The notes below the pieces were generated by a model that was not told the origin of the DNA, searched no databases, and saw nothing but the letters and a program-made list of their open reading frames with translations. DNA of 64,000 nucleotides from a bacterium (GTDB lineage Bacteria; Hydrothermota; DG-26; JAUXAN01). The position numbers were made by a program, and so were the translations under genes. Positions 60,182 to 64,000 of the stretch are shown here, piece after piece; position 1 is the stretch's first letter, and every line of letters begins with the position of its first letter. The DNA lies in the NCBI GenBank assembly GCA_030619885.1, contig JAUXAN010000001.1, positions 11,474 to 75,473 of the forward strand, read 5' to 3'.

Positions 60182-60237
60182 TGTCACAGTAGATGTCACA
60201 GTATTGTCACAGTAAAATGTCACAGTAATTCATAGTG
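60182..60237 (+). repeat. iteron-like array: 4 perfect + 1 degenerate copies of TGTCACAGTA at 11-13 bp spacing
   Basis: Perfect copies start at 60182, 60194, 60205 and 60218. A degenerate TTCATAGTG copy is at 60229. Confidence 0.8.
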
Positions 60238-60442
60238 CCTTGTAGGATCTGTCTTGCTTTTTGCTATCTCCTTTATTAAGCCTAAATTAACTAATTTTGT
60301 TAGGTCAAGCTGAACGGTCCTTCTAACTAGATTAAACTTCTGCCTGATTTCTTCTACAGAAGCTCTTTGTTTACTCTTTTTCCCCTCTCATGTAGACCTA
60401 TTTAAAGTATCCTTGAATACCTCAAGTACATCTTTAAACTCC

Positions 60443-60853
60443 CTAAGAATAGTAGATAATGACAGGGATAATTCCTTGAATCTTTCCCATAAGTTCAAAA
60501 CCATAAATGTGCCTGAATAGATGACGGAAGCGTAAATATTCTTTAAATCTTTCCAGTAAATTCTTGCTGATCACTGCATCACGAATTCCTTTAATGGGTT
60601 GTGCCATTTTTAAAAGAAGTTCTGTATGCCAATCCTCACCCTTGGGAAGTTTACCATCTATATGAACTGCAATCCTTTCAAAAATCTTTTCCACACCACA
60701 GTAAAAATCGTGGAGGATACTTCCAGCGGCTCTTGTTTCTATAAAATCTAATTTATTGGCAGATTTATCAGTTATCTCTTCCATTTCTTTGACCAACCTT
60801 TCCAGATTCTCTATTTCAATTTCTATTTCTTTCTCCAAGCTTACTTTATCCAT
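60443..60853 (-). CDS. HEPN-domain toxin (HepT-like)
   Basis: An R-x4-HxxR-type motif (RFRHLFRHIYG) is present near the C-terminus. The gene overlaps the upstream MNT gene by 8 nt. Confidence 0.75.
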   Translation of the reverse strand: MDKVSLEKEIEIEIENLERLVKEMEEITDKSANKLDFIETRAAGSILHDFYCGVEKIFERIAVHIDGKLPKGEDWHTELLLKMAQPIKGIRDAVISKNLLERFKEYLRFRHLFRHIYGFELMGKIQGIIPVIIYYS

Positions 60854-61142
60854 ATATGAGTTCTCCTTCTTTGAGGGTTTTCTCTTTTAAACTTTCAAAT
60901 GCATCCTCAAATGGAATAAGATTTAGATCTATCTTGGCAGGGAGAAGATCCCACAATTCTGTTAGGGCTTTTATATAGAGATTTGGGGGTAAGCCCTCTA
61001 CTACCAAGTCAATATCTGATCTTTCGTGAACAACTCCTTTAACTAACGATCCAACAAGGAATACTCTTCTCACTTTGTATTTATCTTTTAAGACTTTGGT
61101 ACAATTTTTTGCCAATTTTTGTAATTCTTCTTCCTTATTCAT
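60846..61142 (-). CDS. minimal nucleotidyltransferase antitoxin (MntA-like)
   Basis: The nucleotidyltransferase-fold signature GSLVKG...SDIDLVV is present. Confidence 0.8.
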   Translation of the reverse strand: MNKEEELQKLAKNCTKVLKDKYKVRRVFLVGSLVKGVVHERSDIDLVVEGLPPNLYIKALTELWDLLPAKIDLNLIPFEDAFESLKEKTLKEGELIYG

Positions 61143-61389
61143 TATTTCTCTCCCTAAGCGTAAAATTTAGACAATCTTAATACTTTCTCCTTATTCGGAA
61201 GTTTTTCAAACATCCCTGCAGATTTTTCAGCACATACGGATTGTTCGATGGTTTTGATTTCTTTGACAGACTCGATTATTTTTATCTTTGCATATTAGAG
61301 AAGAAAAACAGATAAAAGTCAAGCGAAATCAAAACCGCTAATGGGGTCACTTCCCCGATTCTTTCTATGTAGGCAAGAGTTATATGACG

Positions 61390-63204
61390 CTATGTATTGG
61401 TCTTATGTAGGGACGTATATACCCTTTCTGCAAGGGATTTGCCCACACCATCCACCTTTTCGAGTTCCTCTACACTCGCTTCCTTTATTTTTTGAATAGA
61501 CCCAAAATATCTTATCAATGCTATTTTTTTACTCTTACCAATCCCAGGAATCTCATCCATAATGGATTTCTTTAACCTTTTGCTCCTCAATATTCGATGA
61601 TAGGAGAGTGCAAATCTGTGTGCCTCATCCCTTATCCTCTGCAATAACCTCAATGCATAAGAAGATGGCGGTAACATCAATGTTTTACCATCGGGCAAGA
61701 CCAACTCGTCAAGCCTCTTGGCAAGTCCATAAACAGGCACGGTTCTAATCCCCGTATCCTGCAACACCCTCTTTGCCACATTGACCTGCCCTATTCCACC
61801 ATCTATCAGTATTAAATCTGGCATACTCTTTTTCTCTTTAATCATTCTTCTATATCTTCTTCCAACTACTTCCTGTATCATCGCATAGTCGTCTATAGAT
61901 TCGACGGTCTTGATCTTGAATCTTTTGTAGTTGCTTTTCTTCGGTCTGCCAAATTCAAATACTACCAAAGACCCGCATGCATCCTTACCAAACAGGTCTG
62001 ATATGTCAAAGGCATCAATTGTGATGGGTGGTTTTTCAAGAGATAGTACTTTTTGAAGTTCCTTTATTGGGAATGGAAGGCGAGCCTTATCCTTCATCTC
62101 CTTTTCTTCAAGTATTACTAAACCATTTCTTCTGGCAAAGTCAACGAGTTTTAGCTTCTCGCCTCTTTTGGGTAAAATCAATTTTGCCTTATGCCCCTTT
62201 TTATCGGAGAGCCAGCGAGCAATGAGTGGGGTGTCTTCTATCTTCGTGGGTATCACAATCTCGTTGGGTATGAAATATGCACTCTTATAATATTGTTTTA
62301 TAAATGTAGCAACCACTTCCGCATCATCTGTAAATTTAGTCTGAGTTAATATGTAGTGTTCCTGGCCGGTTAACTTCCCATCCCTTATCTGTAAAAGAAC
62401 TACACAACTTGTATTCTTAATCCTTGCCAGACCCAAAATGTCCCGATCAAGTTCATCTTTAAACACCACCCTCTGACGTCTCACCACCTCCCTTACAGCC
62501 AACAGCTGGTCACGAATCCTGGCAGCTTCTTCAAATCGAAGTTCATTCGATGTGCTTTCCATAGATTTAGAAAGTTCATTCTCTACCGTCCTATTTTTGC
62601 CTGATAGAAATTTGCAGACTTCTTCTATCATAGACCTGTATTCTTCTTTGGAAATATATCCCTGGCAGGGTCCGTAACATCGTTTTATATAAAAGTTCAA
62701 ACAGGGTCTCTTTGCAGAGGGGATAGTTTGTTTACAGTTCCTTACAGGGAAGATTTTTTTGACTGTGCGGAGTGCCCTCTTCATTGTTTTCACATTGGTA
62801 TAGGGGCCAAAGAGTATGGAACCATCCTTTTTCAAGTTTCTCGTTGGAAATACCTTCGGAAAATCTTCATTGACAGTTACCTTGATATAAGGATACTTTT
62901 TATCATCCTTCAGTCTCACATTATATCTTGGGAGATGCATCTTTATGAGATTTGCCTCAAGGATGAGGGCTTCCATTTCCGTATCCGTCGGGATATAGTC
63001 AAAATTGGAGATTTTCGACCAGAGTGAACGGAGACGCGGATGTTCAGAAGGGGAACCGATGAGATGTGTTTTTAACCTGTTTTTTAAATTCTTAGCCTTC
63101 CCTATGTAGATGATTTTTTTATGCTTATCTTTTAAGAGATAAACACCGGGTCTTTCAGGGATGGTCGATACCCTTTTTTTTACTGTTTCAGAGGGATGAA
63201 GCAT
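61390..63204 (-). CDS. uvrC: excinuclease ABC subunit C
   Basis: There is an N-terminal GIY-YIG domain (PGVYLLKDKHKKIIYIGKAKNLKNRL), a UvrBC region and a C-terminal RNaseH-like/HhH domain. Confidence 0.9.
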   Translation of the reverse strand: MLHPSETVKKRVSTIPERPGVYLLKDKHKKIIYIGKAKNLKNRLKTHLIGSPSEHPRLRSLWSKISNFDYIPTDTEMEALILEANLIKMHLPRYNVRLKDDKKYPYIKVTVNEDFPKVFPTRNLKKDGSILFGPYTNVKTMKRALRTVKKIFPVRNCKQTIPSAKRPCLNFYIKRCYGPCQGYISKEEYRSMIEEVCKFLSGKNRTVENELSKSMESTSNELRFEEAARIRDQLLAVREVVRRQRVVFKDELDRDILGLARIKNTSCVVLLQIRDGKLTGQEHYILTQTKFTDDAEVVATFIKQYYKSAYFIPNEIVIPTKIEDTPLIARWLSDKKGHKAKLILPKRGEKLKLVDFARRNGLVILEEKEMKDKARLPFPIKELQKVLSLEKPPITIDAFDISDLFGKDACGSLVVFEFGRPKKSNYKRFKIKTVESIDDYAMIQEVVGRRYRRMIKEKKSMPDLILIDGGIGQVNVAKRVLQDTGIRTVPVYGLAKRLDELVLPDGKTLMLPPSSYALRLLQRIRDEAHRFALSYHRILRSKRLKKSIMDEIPGIGKSKKIALIRYFGSIQKIKEASVEELEKVDGVGKSLAERVYTSLHKTNT

Positions 63205-63536
63205 AGCAGCCTCAACTTGTCTTTTGTATTCGTGATCTGGTGTTCTTTATTGGGTGGGATGAAGATGAAATCCCCTTTTTTGAATTCATACTCTTTCTTT
63301 TCATATGTGAGCACACCTTCACCCTCGAGGATGAAGATTTCATGTTCGTAGTTGTGGGTATGCAACGGGGTATGTCCTTTCGGTTCGAACTCGAACATCC
63401 TCATCGCAAAATTTGGAGCATCTTCTTCTGATATGAGCCAGCGAACCTTTACATTCTCCGCACCCTCCATCTCCACATCAGTTGCTTCTATCTTTTCATA
63501 ATGTTTTAACTTTAATTCCATACTGCCTCCTTTCAA
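63180..63536 (-). CDS. cupin-domain protein
   Basis: The cupin motifs HTHNYEHEIFILEGEG and FIFIPPNKEHQ are present. Confidence 0.7.
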   Translation of the reverse strand: MKGGSMELKLKHYEKIEATDVEMEGAENVKVRWLISEEDAPNFAMRMFEFEPKGHTPLHTHNYEHEIFILEGEGVLTYEKKEYEFKKGDFIFIPPNKEHQITNTKDKLRLLCFIPLKQ

Positions 63537-63539
63537 TAA

Positions 63540-63720
63540 ACAGTCACTCGTTTATGTTAATCGGTTACGATACCCGCCCCGTTAGAAAACAAGCATTTCT
63601 AACGGGGCCCGTTTCTCCGTCTTTTTTGATCGTTCTTCATAACCGTAACCGTTGACCGCTTTACGATACGGGCTTCGTTACCGTTAAACTCCTAACGAAA
63701 TTTCCTTTGCTCATTTAGGA
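63540..63720 (-). repeat. Rep-G paralogue (inverted, shorter) with CCCCGTTAGAAA hairpin at 63577-63607
   Basis: Its reverse complement aligns with 49130-49230 and 49310-49360 (AACGAAGCCCGTATCGT..CAACGGTTACGGTTATGAA...CGTAACCGATTAAC.TAAACGAGTG). Confidence 0.7.
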
Positions 63721-63783
63721 TATTAAGAAAATAGAACTTGTCAACCCTCTTGACATAATAGATATGTATGCTATAATAGGAAT

Positions 63784-64000
63784 ATGGGTATTCTGAATAA
63801 AATCAACAGTCCTTCCGAGTTAAAGTCCCTCAATATGGAAGATTTGAAAGTTCTTGCAAAAGAAATCAGGAAAAAGATAATCGAAGTAGTAGAAAAATCA
63901 GGGGGACATCTTGCACCGAATCTGGGAGTTGTCGAACTGACTATAGCACTCCACAGGGTCTTCGATGCACCGAAGGACAAAATAATCTGGGATGTAGGAC
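63784..64000 (+). CDS. dxs: 1-deoxy-D-xylulose-5-phosphate synthase (N-terminal fragment, continues past window)
   Basis: The sequence [16 protein letters not shown]...[33 protein letters not shown] matches Dxs. Confidence 0.85.
   Translation, partial: MGILNKINSPSELKSLNMEDLKVLAKEIRKKIIEVVEKSGGHLAPNLGVVELTIALHRVFDAPKDKIIWDVG

Noticed and set aside
63771-63980. 69-aa minus-strand ORF
   Set aside because: It is antisense to a clear Dxs N-terminus ([18 protein letters not shown]) that starts at 63784.

Overview
The window is a gene-dense, AT-rich bacterial chromosome segment. Genes overlap by 4 to 8 nt, and clear AGGAGG-type Shine-Dalgarno sites show that the organism uses them. It is probably an uncultivated lineage, and I cannot assign a taxon from sequence alone.

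Ordinary content, left to right:
- The 3' end of a UvrD-type helicase fused to a Cas4/AddB-like iron-sulfur nuclease.
- An operon of folP, cdaA, a DUF2723/TPR membrane protein and an MCP-GAF protein.
- A PASTA protein, rtcB and purE.
- A 1395-aa multi-GAF/PAS histidine kinase and a 936-aa secreted solenoid-repeat/HEAT protein.
- An ECF transporter (T, fused A1A2, S) and a Memo-AMMECR1 fusion.
- Part of the ribosomal cluster (rpsG-fusA, then rpsJ through rpsH) on the minus strand.
- thpR, rpmE, a GT2 glycosyltransferase, tRNA-Val(GAC), a tandem-duplicated ThyX-like gene and SppA.
- A partial A/V-type ATPase operon (H-I-K-E), an ArsB/NhaD-like permease, a pentapeptide-repeat::K+-channel fusion, dacB, a HEPN/MNT toxin-antitoxin pair, uvrC, a cupin protein and the start of dxs.

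The most interesting region is an approximately 9.5 kb defence island at about 19.98 to 29.5 kb, all on the minus strand:
- An MmeI-like Type IIG restriction-modification enzyme.
- A tightly overlapping operon: small ORF, Mig-like T:G glycosylase, C5-cytosine methyltransferase, HD phosphohydrolase, 626-aa P-loop NTPase, 295-aa unknown protein, and a thyX copy frameshifted at an A8 run.
- The HD, NTPase and 295-aa trio matches no defence system I recognise. I propose it as a candidate new methylation-linked defence module.

The second notable theme is several families of MITE-like intergenic repeats:
- A modular ~70 to 200 bp element sits in three intergenic gaps of the ribosomal protein operon (rpsQ/rplN, rplB/rpsS, rpsJ/rplC) and elsewhere.
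- A CCCCGTTAGA...TCTAACGGGG hairpin family carries an ATG.
- A cassette flanked by terminal inverted repeats (TIRs) and carrying a GxxExxY PD-(D/E)XK gene lies beside tRNA-Val.
- A TGTCACAGTA iteron array lies near the HEPN/MNT pair.

The ribosomal cluster is also atypical: there is no rpsL upstream of rpsG, no tuf, and the cluster stops after rpsH and runs into Memo-AMMECR1 and ECF transporter genes.
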